Origin: a virus
Lineage: Duplodnaviria > Caudoviricetes
IMG/VR virus record: IMGVR_UViG_3300017747_002922
Location: 1-64,000 of that record
Strand: one strand, 5' to 3'
DNA length: 64,000 nucleotides
The notes under the pieces are model-generated. The model made no database searches. It worked only from the letters and a program-made list of their open reading frames with translations, and was not told the DNA's origin. Positions 46,265-54,895 of this stretch are shown one piece after another. The first letter of the stretch is position 1, and each line of letters begins with the position of its first letter. Made by a program: the position numbers and the translations under genes.

Positions 46265-46719
46265 ACATTACCCTTACTACACCCGTCGCCAGCCGTCAAG
46301 CCGACCGTGTACGGGTAGTCGTCCAACGCCTCGACCTCGTTGACGCCCAACCGCCGACCGTCCACGTACCACCACCCGTCCGCGCGATGTTCGACGGCAG
46401 GGCGGCCGTTCAAGTGGAGCACGGTGCCGACGGGGCAACGTCCGGTCCCGACGATCCGCCACTCGTCATCCCGCCACGGCCGATCGTCGCGGTCGAACGG
46501 TCGCGCGGCCACACGGATCGGCCCGACCTGTTCCGCGAGCACGACGAACCGATGCGCGTCGTGGTCGTCCGGGTGTTGGCGGAACCAGAGGAACGGCCCT
46601 GTGTGTGCGTTCCCGTGGTTCATCACGATCCGGACAAGCGCCTGTTGCCGGTTGGTCCACGGCGCACCGACGGGCCGGACTTCGACCCACCAATCGCGGG
46701 CGGGAGGGGTGAAGATCAT
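46261..46719 (-). CDS. Hypothetical protein (Trp-rich)
   Basis: MIFTPPARDWW...; ATGA overlap. Confidence 0.6.
   Translation of the reverse strand: MIFTPPARDWWVEVRPVGAPWTNRQQALVRIVMNHGNAHTGPFLWFRQHPDDHDAHRFVVLAEQVGPIRVAARPFDRDDRPWRDDEWRIVGTGRCPVGTVLHLNGRPAVEHRADGWWYVDGRRLGVNEVEALDDYPYTVGLTAGDGCSKGNV
46271..46299 (-). promoter_or_regulatory. Leaderless promoter TTGACG-N17-TAAGGG-N6-ATG
   Basis: Member of the repeated motif family; -10 T at -12. Confidence 0.6.
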
Positions 46720-47393
46720 GCAACCCCCTTCGCGCGAGCGTAGGCGCGGAGGGCGGCGTCTTCGGTGGGGAACTCGGTGCCGGGGCCCCACTTGCAGGTC
46801 AGGTCGGCGTACCAACAAGATGACCCCTCCCACACCCAGAGTTGACCATCGGCCGCGCGCCACTCGGCCGTTTCGTCGTCCTCGTCGATCAACCGGACCA
46901 ACCCCAACCGCTCCACCAGTTCGGCGATCGGCACCTCGGCGGGCATCTCGCGCGCCTTCCAGCCGGGGCAGCCGGTGGCGCCGGTGATGACGCTGCCGTT
47001 GCGGGTAAGGTTGTCGTTCCCCCACGCAACGACCTCCTCATGCTCCTCCGTGTCGATGAGGTTGCACCCCGGATTCCCGTCGCGCGTCCGGTAGTCGTGC
47101 GCGCACGAATCGCAGTTGGTCGGCGGCGCACCCACCCGTGTCGGCGGATCCGTCGAGGTGTCCCACACGGTCACGACGGACGCATCGGGCCCGTTCCCGT
47201 GGTCCACGCCGATCACGTAGGGGGTCGTCTCCCGCTCCCCGTTGAGCGCCGTCGTCAGCACCCGGATCGCGTTGGGCACGCCGGACAGGTGCTCGATCGC
47301 GGTGTCGGGGTCGTAGGCGTACTCGACCCGTGTGAGAAGGTCGCGGATCGCCTCAATCGCGGCGAGTCGGGCGGGGGGACAGGGCGGGGTCAT
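46716..47393 (-). CDS. Mosaic hypothetical protein containing the NCDSCAHDY...GATGCP module
   Basis: ATGA overlap; motif shared with 4708-4947. Confidence 0.6.
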   Translation of the reverse strand: MTPPCPPARLAAIEAIRDLLTRVEYAYDPDTAIEHLSGVPNAIRVLTTALNGERETTPYVIGVDHGNGPDASVVTVWDTSTDPPTRVGAPPTNCDSCAHDYRTRDGNPGCNLIDTEEHEEVVAWGNDNLTRNGSVITGATGCPGWKAREMPAEVPIAELVERLGLVRLIDEDDETAEWRAADGQLWVWEGSSCWYADLTCKWGPGTEFPTEDAALRAYARAKGVA

Positions 47394-47692
47394 GCGGGCT
47401 CCTTCAATGTGCTGTAGTCGGCCGGATTCGCGGGCGTCCACTCGCCGTACCATGCGAGGATGTCGGCCAATGTCTGCGGGGCACCGCCGTTGTTGGCGTA
47501 AATCCACGGCCCCACGAGTCGGTACGTTGACCCGCTCACCGTCGTGACGATGCCGGCGTTCGCGTCAACCGAGACGAGGGCCGACGTCACCTTGCGGTCG
47601 CCGTCGGGGGTGTCGCCCCGAACGGTCATGCGGTACTTGCCCGAACGCTCGGACCTGAACCGGTTGAACACCCAATGCGTGAGGTCGGTCAT
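47390..47692 (-). CDS. Hypothetical protein
   Basis: GGAGG RBS; ATGA overlap. Confidence 0.6.
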   Translation of the reverse strand: MTDLTHWVFNRFRSERSGKYRMTVRGDTPDGDRKVTSALVSVDANAGIVTTVSGSTYRLVGPWIYANNGGAPQTLADILAWYGEWTPANPADYSTLKEPA

Positions 47693-48132
47693 GTCGCCTC
47701 CGTGGTAGGCGCGTCCCAACGCTTGACGACGCGGCAGTAGTGGCGGATGTCGCCGACGGTGCCGTCAACGAGCACTTGCCCGTTGCGAAACTCGACGGTG
47801 TAGATGTGGTCGGGCGCGTCGCAGGTGCGCGTCCACTCCCGCCCATCGAACGCGAGCGTGTCGCCGACGTGGACTGGGTTTCCGTTGCGGTCGTTGACGC
47901 CGAGGGGGAGCCCGATGCCGGTGACGAGTCGGGCGCGGAGGTTGGCGATCGTGGTGAGGGCGACGCGTAGATGCGCCTCGGCGCCGGGCATGTGGCGGTT
48001 CATTGGCGCGGACGTGCGTTCACCCGTCAACCGGCGCGCCACGATGTCGCGTCCGGTTGCGTCGAATGCGGCCAACGACTCCCACGCCCTTCGCTCCTCC
48101 GGCGTCAGGATGGCGATCTGTTCGGGGGTCAC
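47689..48132 (-). CDS. Hypothetical protein with a YopX-like C-terminal motif
   Basis: GVNDRNGNPVHVGD motif. Confidence 0.55.
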   Translation of the reverse strand: MTPEQIAILTPEERRAWESLAAFDATGRDIVARRLTGERTSAPMNRHMPGAEAHLRVALTTIANLRARLVTGIGLPLGVNDRNGNPVHVGDTLAFDGREWTRTCDAPDHIYTVEFRNGQVLVDGTVGDIRHYCRVVKRWDAPTTEAT

Positions 48133-48365
48133 GAGATCACCTCGATGTGCGCGGAACCCACCCACTCGGACGCGGTGTGGCCGTTCGTGCGAAGGTCGGC
48201 GTTGTCGTGGGTGCCGTCGTCGCAGCGGGCCATGAAGTCGCCGCGGATGCACTTGCGCATGATGGCGTTCGTCTTCTTGACCGTGCGCACGGTGCCGACG
48301 GTGCGATCGTCGCCGAACACGCAGCGGGCGCCGACGGTGACGGTGTTGCCCTTGGCGTCTTTCAC
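48129..48365 (-). CDS. Small hypothetical protein
   Basis: MKDAKGNTVTVGARCVF; GTGA overlaps. Confidence 0.55.
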   Translation of the reverse strand: MKDAKGNTVTVGARCVFGDDRTVGTVRTVKKTNAIMRKCIRGDFMARCDDGTHDNADLRTNGHTASEWVGSAHIEVIS

Positions 48366-49030
48366 GACGCACCCCCGAACGGCGAGGAGCGGAACGCCGA
48401 CATCCCCGCCGGACTCTCGATCTTGCCGTACGCCGTCGCCATCACGTCGCGGCTGGTCGCGGTGCGGAGGTTGATCGCGTAGGTAGCCTCGTACCAGTCT
48501 GCTACTGCCTCGGGGTCCACGTTGAGGTACTTGCGCACGTCGACCGCCCAGCCAGTGAAGAGGGACGCGGGGGCGTCGTTGGGCGGTCGCTGGTTGCCCG
48601 TCGGTGCGGTCGTCGGCCCCGGCGTCGCGAGCGGCCGGATCGTGTACGTCGTGTACTCGTTGCGCCGCGTCGGCAGCGTCACGTCGAACGGTTCGGACAG
48701 GTTGCTCATGTGCGAGACACGCACACCGCCCGTCTTGTTCTTCCCGTACGTCACGGCGGGGTCGTTGTAGATCGTGACCGACCGACCGACCCACTTGGCG
48801 GGGTTCCCCCACTTGCCGATCATCATGTGGCGCATCGTCAGGCACGGGAACCACGGCTTGAACCCGCCGTCGATCAGTACCTTGATCGGCTGCTTCCCGT
48901 CGGCGCTGTTGTTGTTCTTCACGCCGAGGATGCGAACCGTTGCGGGTCCACCTACGAGGTCCACGGCATTCAACTGCGCGGAGTTCGCCTTGGTCAACTC
49001 AACCACATCGAACGTCTCTTCGTCACTCAT
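48362..49030 (-). CDS. Conserved phage protein in the recombinase (annealase) position
   Basis: SAQLNAVDL, KPWFPCLTMR, KWVGRSVTIYNDPAVTYG, GGVRVSHMS; directly after the exonuclease. Confidence 0.6.
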   Translation of the reverse strand: MSDEETFDVVELTKANSAQLNAVDLVGGPATVRILGVKNNNSADGKQPIKVLIDGGFKPWFPCLTMRHMMIGKWGNPAKWVGRSVTIYNDPAVTYGKNKTGGVRVSHMSNLSEPFDVTLPTRRNEYTTYTIRPLATPGPTTAPTGNQRPPNDAPASLFTGWAVDVRKYLNVDPEAVADWYEATYAINLRTATSRDVMATAYGKIESPAGMSAFRSSPFGGAS

Positions 49031-49928
49031 CTTCGATCTCCGTGTCTTCAAAGGGTTCGTCGAGGTCGCCGAGGGCCCACGTCGGGACCTCGATGACGCG
49101 CAGGTCGGGTGCCACGCCCGGCCACTTGCCGCTCTCCGTGTGCATCTTGATCTTGCCGAGAAGTTCGGCCATCTTCGCCTTCCCGGCGTCCATGCTCTGC
49201 GTTCCGAGTTCGTACACCGCCACATCGAACGGCGGCTTGCTCTCGACGGCGATGATGATGAACTTCGGTTCGACTGCGAACAAGCCGGCCGCCATCGCGC
49301 CGTTGACGTAATGGGCCGCCTGAACGTAGTAGCCGCGCGTTGCGACTTCCCGCGCGAACCGGTCGGGCACGATCGACCGCGCCGTCTTCAGGTCCACGAT
49401 CGCGCCGCGCCGGGTGACCGCGTCGATCCTCGCCTTGCAGGGGAGGTTTGTGGCCGCGTCCGTCCACGTCACGTTGCGCTCGTTCTCGGACCCATCGAGG
49501 TACCACGCGGCGACAGGATGCGCGAATACCGCGCGCGCCATCGCTTCGACGTTGCTCCATGCTTCCTCGGTCAGCGTTGTACAGTCGTGCCACGTCTCCT
49601 TGTGCGACTCCCACGCCTTGCCCGAACGCCGGCCTTGGTAGAACGTGAACCGCTCGCCGCTCCACACGCCGCCGGGATGCGCGCCCCACTTCGAGGGCTC
49701 CAGCACACGCGTGTGGACGGCCCGCCCAACGCGCATGGGGTCGGTGTCATCGCGGCCCTTGTCGGTCGTGACCAGGTGCCAGTACGCGAGCGGGGACACG
49801 TCGATCGCCTTCGCGCGGGACACGTTGACGGCGTCCCAGCGGCAGTACGCATCGAACCCGGCGTCCGGCGACAGCCGCGGCCCCGTCTCCTGTTCGGCCC
49901 AAAGGCGCTCGATCTCGGGGTCAATCAC
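49023..49928 (-). CDS. PD-(D/E)XK exonuclease VIII-like protein (DUF3799 type)
   Basis: MRVGRAVHTRVLEP, SENE, CKARIDAV, IVDLKT, GYYVQAAHY, FIIIAVESKPPF. Confidence 0.85.
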   Translation of the reverse strand: MIDPEIERLWAEQETGPRLSPDAGFDAYCRWDAVNVSRAKAIDVSPLAYWHLVTTDKGRDDTDPMRVGRAVHTRVLEPSKWGAHPGGVWSGERFTFYQGRRSGKAWESHKETWHDCTTLTEEAWSNVEAMARAVFAHPVAAWYLDGSENERNVTWTDAATNLPCKARIDAVTRRGAIVDLKTARSIVPDRFAREVATRGYYVQAAHYVNGAMAAGLFAVEPKFIIIAVESKPPFDVAVYELGTQSMDAGKAKMAELLGKIKMHTESGKWPGVAPDLRVIEVPTWALGDLDEPFEDTEIEDE

Positions 49929-50193
49929 GGGTCACCATCCACGCGGCGCCTTTGTTGGTGCCTTTGTCGCGCTTCCACCATTCGGCGGCGTTGACTACGA
50001 ACAACTTGCGCAGGACTCGATACGCCACCGGAACCGGCACGCCCGCCGCTTTGGCGATCTCGCTTGTCGTCTGGAGATTCTCCGTCAACGCCTCGGAGAC
50101 GAGCAGGAACGGCCGCACGCGTCGCCCCTCGATCCGTCCCAACGCATCGGCGGCGATGGTGTTGCGCACGTAGTCGAACTCGTTGGGTTTCAT
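49921..50193 (-). CDS. Small winged-HTH-like protein
   Basis: TTSEIAKAAGVPVPVAYRVLRKL. Confidence 0.65.
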   Translation of the reverse strand: MKPNEFDYVRNTIAADALGRIEGRRVRPFLLVSEALTENLQTTSEIAKAAGVPVPVAYRVLRKLFVVNAAEWWKRDKGTNKGAAWMVTRD

Positions 50194-50603
50194 CGCCCAC
50201 CCCGCCGCGCAACCTGCGCCCGACGCTTGCACAACGCCTTGCGCGACCGATCCGTGGGCATCTCGTTGTGGACGCGCTCGATCTCGGCCAACGTCATGTC
50301 CACCCACGCGATCCGCTTCGGGGCGGCGGCCTTGGTGGCGGTATCGATCTCGTTGAAGCTGAAGTCCAACGCGTCGGCGAAGTCATCGACCGTGACCGAC
50401 ACCGACGGGCGGATCGGCGTGGTCAGGCGCCGTTCCTCGCGCGCGTTGTGGATGTGGACCGCGACGGGAGCGGGGGTGCGGGAAAGGTCGCCGTGCATGG
50501 CGGACTCCTTGGGGACGACCGACTTCGCCGCGAACCGCACGACACCCGCGAGGATGAAGACGAACGCTGCGAAGGCGGCGAGGTTGAGGGGGTCGGTGGT
50601 CAT
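50190..50603 (-). CDS. Hypothetical protein with an N-terminal TM segment, leaderless
   Basis: LAAFAAFVFILAGVV; first gene after the leftward promoter. Confidence 0.65.
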   Translation of the reverse strand: MTTDPLNLAAFAAFVFILAGVVRFAAKSVVPKESAMHGDLSRTPAPVAVHIHNAREERRLTTPIRPSVSVTVDDFADALDFSFNEIDTATKAAAPKRIAWVDMTLAEIERVHNEMPTDRSRKALCKRRAQVARRGGR

Positions 50604-50697
50604 ATGAACGTCTTACTACACCCCGTGGTGCGGCGTCAAGGTCATTCTGCAATCATTTCTTCTTGCACCGTGGGCCGCGGTCGGGTAGACGTTCCCC
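50604..50697. promoter_or_regulatory. Divergent switch region: leftward TTGACG-N18-TAAGAC (50639-50610) and rightward TTGCAC-N17-TAGACG (50663-50691)
   Basis: Both -10 boxes begin 12 nt before their ATG; AT-rich spacer between them. Confidence 0.65.
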
Positions 50698-51114
50698 ATG
50701 TTCGACGAACTCGCCCTATCCCGCCTGCTGCGCTCGACCGGCAAGACCGCCGTGCAGATCGCCGCCGCCATGAACGAGACGAAGCCGGAGCACGCCCGCT
50801 CGATCTCCTCGCAGAAGGTAGACGCGTGGGTCCGCGCCAAGAGTCGGCCGCGGGACGACGTGCGGGTCTGGCTGGCGTCCGCGCTCGGGCTCGACCTCAA
50901 CACGTTGCTGCGGGCGTGCGCCGGCACAACCCCCGACCCGTCCCCGCTCCACGCCGTCACCGGCAGCGGGCTCCCGGTCGAACTCTGCTACCACCCCGAC
51001 GCCGACCCCGGCAACGGGCGCGGGTGGTCGGTCCTGATCGGCGACCGCACCACGTACGGCGACCTCGACACGATGCTGGCGCGGGTGGCGGTTGAGGTGC
51101 CCCGTGCCTCGTGA
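50698..51114 (+). CDS. Cro-like HTH regulator with a C-terminal extension
   Basis: SSQKVDAWVRAKSRPR..VRVWLASALGLDLNTL; position at the divergent switch. Confidence 0.6.
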   Translation: MFDELALSRLLRSTGKTAVQIAAAMNETKPEHARSISSQKVDAWVRAKSRPRDDVRVWLASALGLDLNTLLRACAGTTPDPSPLHAVTGSGLPVELCYHPDADPGNGRGWSVLIGDRTTYGDLDTMLARVAVEVPRAS

Positions 51115-51325
51115 CCCCCGCACGAACCCCCAACGCGGCGACCGGCTGTACATCCACGCCGGAAACGCCGTCCGCTACGTCGTCGCGAATGACGGCGTGA
51201 CCGTGCGCTACACCGTCGGCGTCCACGCGTACGAGATGACGCTCCCTGACTGGCGCGTGCGGATGGTCGGCGCCGTCGTTGTCCCGCCCGCGCGGATCGA
51301 GATGCCGGCGGGGGTGACCTCGTGA
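51104..51325 (+). CDS. Small hypothetical protein
   Basis: GAGG upstream of the GTG; DPRTNPQRGD. Confidence 0.55.
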   Translation: MPRDPRTNPQRGDRLYIHAGNAVRYVVANDGVTVRYTVGVHAYEMTLPDWRVRMVGAVVVPPARIEMPAGVTS

Positions 51326-51504
51326 TCGCCCTCCCCGTCCGCACCCCGTTCGACTTCCTGCGCTACCTGCTCGCGCAACAGGTGGCCGCAACCGCCGACC
51401 GTGACCGCGCGCTACGGCGTGGGGATGCGGCGACGGCGGCGGATTCGATCGTGCGGGCGAACGACACGGCGGATCTGTTGCGGTTGTTCGGGGTGCCGTC
51501 CTAA
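51322..51504 (+). CDS. Small helical hypothetical protein
   Basis: GTGA overlap. Confidence 0.55.
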   Translation: MIALPVRTPFDFLRYLLAQQVAATADRDRALRRGDAATAADSIVRANDTADLLRLFGVPS

Positions 51505-51525
51505 TGGCCTCACACGCCTACTTCG

Positions 51526-51727
51526 CGGACCCCGACGCTACGGGCGTTCCGTGTTCAACCTTTCGGCCAGGGCAACATGCACTCCATGCAGAAGAAAGCC
51601 CCGCCGCGAACGCGCATGTTGCCTTGGATCGGGGTCCGATCGTGGCGCGCGCCGCGGGCTTGCCGCCTGACCCGTCGGTAGACCGCACCTGCCAGAAGGT
51701 GCGGAACGGGTCCCTTTCAACGTCAGG
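51526..51727 (+). ncRNA. Candidate structured RNA or DNA hairpin element upstream of ssb
   Basis: Stems 51526-35/51629-38 (10 bp), 51567-80/51614-27 (14 bp, one G-U), 51669-75/51706-12 and 51683-90/51697-704. Confidence 0.45.
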
Positions 51728-51739
51728 AGTCAAGTAGCC

Positions 51740-52333
51740 ATGGTCAACAAGGTCATCCTCATCGGGTCGCTCGGGCAAGATCCCGAACTTCGCAGCACGT
51801 CCGGCGGTCAGTCTGTCGCGTCCCTGCGCCTCGCGACGAACGAGAAGTACAAAGACAAAGAGGGCAATCTCCAAGAGTCGACCGAGTGGCACTCTGTCGT
51901 CGCGTGGGGTCGGGACGCCGAGAACGTCAACAAGCACTGCAAGAAGGGGAAGCAGTTGTACATCGAAGGCCGCCTCCAAACCCGCAAGTGGCAGGACAAA
52001 GAGGGCAAGGACCGCTACACCACCGAGGTCGTCGCGACCACGATCCGCTTCCTCGGCGGTGCTTCGGGCGAGGCCGAAAGTGGGGGTTCCTCGCGTGGCG
52101 GTTCCGGCGGCGGCTACGGTCGTGGTCGCGACGGCGGCGGTTCGTCCGGCGGCGGGTACGGGGGCGGTTCCTCCAGCGGTGGCGGCTACGGCGGTGGTTC
52201 GGGTGGCTACGGGGGCGGCGGCGGGTACGGTGGGGGAGGTGGATACGGCGGCGGTGGGGGCGGCAGTGGCGCGACCCCTCCCCCGAATCCGACCGATGGT
52301 GACCCAGAGATCCCCTTCAAACCGGTGCTTTGA
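51740..52333 (+). CDS. ssb: Single-stranded DNA-binding protein
   Basis: [35 protein letters not shown]; Gly-rich linker; EIPF near the C-terminus. Confidence 0.95.
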   Translation: MVNKVILIGSLGQDPELRSTSGGQSVASLRLATNEKYKDKEGNLQESTEWHSVVAWGRDAENVNKHCKKGKQLYIEGRLQTRKWQDKEGKDRYTTEVVATTIRFLGGASGEAESGGSSRGGSGGGYGRGRDGGGSSGGGYGGGSSSGGGYGGGSGGYGGGGGYGGGGGYGGGGGGSGATPPPNPTDGDPEIPFKPVL

Positions 52334-52542
52334 TGTGGTCCCGCTCGCCCCCAACCATCCCCTTCGCCCCCCGTATGCTGCGACAGGGCGACGTCTCGCT
52401 CTGGTTCGATCAGTGGGAAGGTCGGTGGTGCGCCGTCGTCGGGACCGTCGTGGACGTGGACGACCTGGCCGCGTTCTGCGCCGAGATCGGGATCGACGCG
52501 CCGACGGACGAGGAACAGGCGTGGGCCAAGGAGGAAGGATGA
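52333..52542 (+). CDS. Small hypothetical protein
   Basis: TGATG overlap with the ssb stop. Confidence 0.5.
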   Translation: MWSRSPPTIPFAPRMLRQGDVSLWFDQWEGRWCAVVGTVVDVDDLAAFCAEIGIDAPTDEEQAWAKEEG

Positions 52543-53042
52543 CCGCCCTCCCCCGCTGGCTCCCCGAAGACCATCGCCACCGCGGCGACACGGTCAACCG
52601 CGTTCGCGCCGACATCACCGCGCACGCCGGATCGACCTCCCGCGAAGTCGCCGACCGGTGTGAGGTCACGCCGCTACAGGCATCGCGCGCCCTCTGCTAC
52701 CTGCGCGACACCATGCGCGAGGTTCACGCCGTCGCGGTGTCGGGCGGCGGCTACCGGTGGGCCCTCGTCGGCGTCCACATCGATCCCGCGTCCCGGCCCC
52801 CGTTGTCGCGCGAGACGGCGGCACGGGCGCGAGCACTGGAGGCGAAACGGGCCAAGCGCGCCGACCGGATGGCGACACTCCTCGAACGCCTCGCCAGTGG
52901 CCCCCACACGCGCCGTGAACTTGCCGACGCGTTGCGGTGGCCCCCGCGTCGGGTTGAGCATCTGTTGCTACTGCTCGCGCGGGAAGGGCGTGCGGCGAAT
53001 CGCGAGGTGTGGGGACTCGCAGGGAAGTGGGTGGCGTTGTGA
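52539..53042 (+). CDS. Protein with two winged-HTH-like segments
   Basis: STSREVADRCEVT and HTRRELADALRW; GGAGG RBS. Confidence 0.6.
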   Translation: MTALPRWLPEDHRHRGDTVNRVRADITAHAGSTSREVADRCEVTPLQASRALCYLRDTMREVHAVAVSGGGYRWALVGVHIDPASRPPLSRETAARARALEAKRAKRADRMATLLERLASGPHTRRELADALRWPPRRVEHLLLLLAREGRAANREVWGLAGKWVAL

Positions 53043-53386
53043 TCCTGACCATCCCCTACAACCTCCCGTCCGCCGCGAACCTGCGCGAGGTGTGGCAGGT
53101 CAAGGCCCGCCGCGTCCGGCAACAACGCGACCTCGTCCGCATGTTCATCGGCGGCAAGCCCCGCCCGACGTTGCCCGTGGTCGTGACGCTCACCCGGATC
53201 GCGCCAAGGGCACTGGACGACGACAACCTCTCGGGCGCGTTCAAGGCGATACGCGACGAGATCGCGGACTGGCTTGGGGTCAAGGACAACCACCCGGGCA
53301 TCGTGTGGGCGTACACCCAAGAGCGCGGGGTGCCGAAGGAGTACGCGATCCGGGTGCGGGTCATGCCGTCGTTGGGCGCGTTGTGA
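53039..53386 (+). CDS. RusA-like Holliday junction resolvase
   Basis: LPSAAN, VVTLTRI, LDDDNLSGAFKAIRDEIA. Confidence 0.75.
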   Translation: MILTIPYNLPSAANLREVWQVKARRVRQQRDLVRMFIGGKPRPTLPVVVTLTRIAPRALDDDNLSGAFKAIRDEIADWLGVKDNHPGIVWAYTQERGVPKEYAIRVRVMPSLGAL

Positions 53387-53395
53387 TTGTTCGCC

Positions 53396-53424
53396 TTGAC
53401 GCCGCCCCGCGACTGTAGTAATGG
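53396..53424 (+). promoter_or_regulatory. Promoter TTGACG-N17-TAATGG with TGTAGTAA core
   Basis: Member of the repeated motif family; upstream of the clamp operon. Confidence 0.6.
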
Positions 53425-53441
53425 TGTCGGGCGAGGTGAGA

Positions 53442-53780
53442 ATGTTTCAACGAGCCCCCGGTGAACTTGACCCGTTCGCAAACGGGAACATGTCGGACGA
53501 GTACAAGATCCAGACCATCAAGGACAACCTGCGCGCCCGTCAGCAGGCCCCCAACTACACCGGCTTTCTGACCGAGGAAGAGGCTGACTTCCTGTTCGGC
53601 GCCGTCGACCGCGCGAAGGAAGAGGCCGAAGAGGCGCGACAGGAACTCGAATCCACGCGCTCCGACCTGACCACGCAGATCGAAGAACTCGACGAGAAGG
53701 TCAGTGCCGCCGACGACAAGATCAAGGACCTCGAAGACGAGATCGAAGAACTCCGCAACAACAAGGACGCAACCCCGTGA
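53442..53780 (+). CDS. Acidic coiled-coil protein
   Basis: GAGGT RBS; heptad-rich C-terminus. Confidence 0.65.
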   Translation: MFQRAPGELDPFANGNMSDEYKIQTIKDNLRARQQAPNYTGFLTEEEADFLFGAVDRAKEEAEEARQELESTRSDLTTQIEELDEKVSAADDKIKDLEDEIEELRNNKDATP

Positions 53781-54892
53781 ACCTCATCATCTCCCGCAAA
53801 GAACTCGACGAACTCGCCGCCCGCGCACGGGGCATCGTCGAATCGAAGCCAAGCAACCCCGTCCTCGGGTGCGTCATCATCGACGCGACGCCTGACGGGG
53901 TCACCGCCACGTCCTACCGCTCGTCCATGGGCTACGTCGGCACCTACACGGCGAACGTGAGCGACCGCGGCCGGATCGCCGTCGACGTCGACGCGCTCCA
54001 GAAGGCGATCAAGACGCTCCCGCCCGGCCCGATCGCGATGGACGTGTCGACCACGAACCTGCGCCTCAAGATGTCCGTCGGCAAGTCGACGACGACGATC
54101 GGCACACTGGACCCCGCCGACCATCCCGGCGTCGTCGACGTCAAGGCCACCCACACGCTCACCGTCGACGCGCCCGCACTCCGGACGATCATCGACCAGA
54201 CCGTCAAGTGCATCGCCGAGGACGACAACAAGTATGGCCTGTCGGTGCTCCTGTTGGAGTTCGTCGGCGGCAAGGTCCGCGCCGTGTCGACCGATGGGAA
54301 CCGGCTGGCGTGGTCCGAGTGCGACGCCACGGGGGACGCGCCGTCCGGTACGCTCGTGCCCCGCGCGTGCGTGCTGGAGATGCGCGCGATGATCGACAAG
54401 ATCGCCGGCCCGGTTGAGATCGCCATCGAGCCCGGCCCGCGCGCTGGCTCCAAGCCGCGCGCACTCGCCGTCAAGTTGCCGGGCGAGACGCTGACGATCC
54501 GGTGCGCCGAGGTCGACTTTCCCGACTACCGGCAGGTGTTGCCGACGAACTACAAGCGGACGTGGACGGTCGACCGCGTCAACCTGCACGACACGTTGCG
54601 TCGCTTCCCGGTCGCGACGGGGTCCAACGCCGTCACCGTCACGCTCACCAACGGCACGGTCCACATGCGCCGGACGTGGGACACCAGCGAGACGAGCGCC
54701 GAGATCGACGCGAACTACACCGGCGACCGCACGGTGATGGGGTTCAACGTCGTCTATCTGGCGAACGCGCTGGGCGTCTGCACCGGCACCGACGTCGCGA
54801 TCAAGATGGGTGACACGCTGTCGCCGGTCGTGATCGAGGACCCTACCAACTCGGCGGCGCAGTTCGTCGTCATGCCCGTGCGGCTGGATTGA
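53777..54892 (+). CDS. dnaN: DNA polymerase III beta sliding clamp
   Basis: 371 aa; NPVLGCVII, VSTDGNRLA, DFPDYRQVLP, GFNVVYL, FVVMPVRL. Confidence 0.9.
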   Translation: MNLIISRKELDELAARARGIVESKPSNPVLGCVIIDATPDGVTATSYRSSMGYVGTYTANVSDRGRIAVDVDALQKAIKTLPPGPIAMDVSTTNLRLKMSVGKSTTTIGTLDPADHPGVVDVKATHTLTVDAPALRTIIDQTVKCIAEDDNKYGLSVLLLEFVGGKVRAVSTDGNRLAWSECDATGDAPSGTLVPRACVLEMRAMIDKIAGPVEIAIEPGPRAGSKPRALAVKLPGETLTIRCAEVDFPDYRQVLPTNYKRTWTVDRVNLHDTLRRFPVATGSNAVTVTLTNGTVHMRRTWDTSETSAEIDANYTGDRTVMGFNVVYLANALGVCTGTDVAIKMGDTLSPVVIEDPTNSAAQFVVMPVRLD

Positions 54893-54895
54893 GCG

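Noticed and set aside
51504-51737. 77-aa ORF upstream of ssb as a protein gene
   Set aside because: Atypical codon usage and extensive base-pairing. The TAATG overlap keeps it possible, but it is not listed as a CDS.
52075-52270. GGC-rich tandem repeats as a CRISPR array or VNTR
   Set aside because: They encode the ordinary Gly/Ser/Tyr linker of SSB; no constant repeat-spacer structure.
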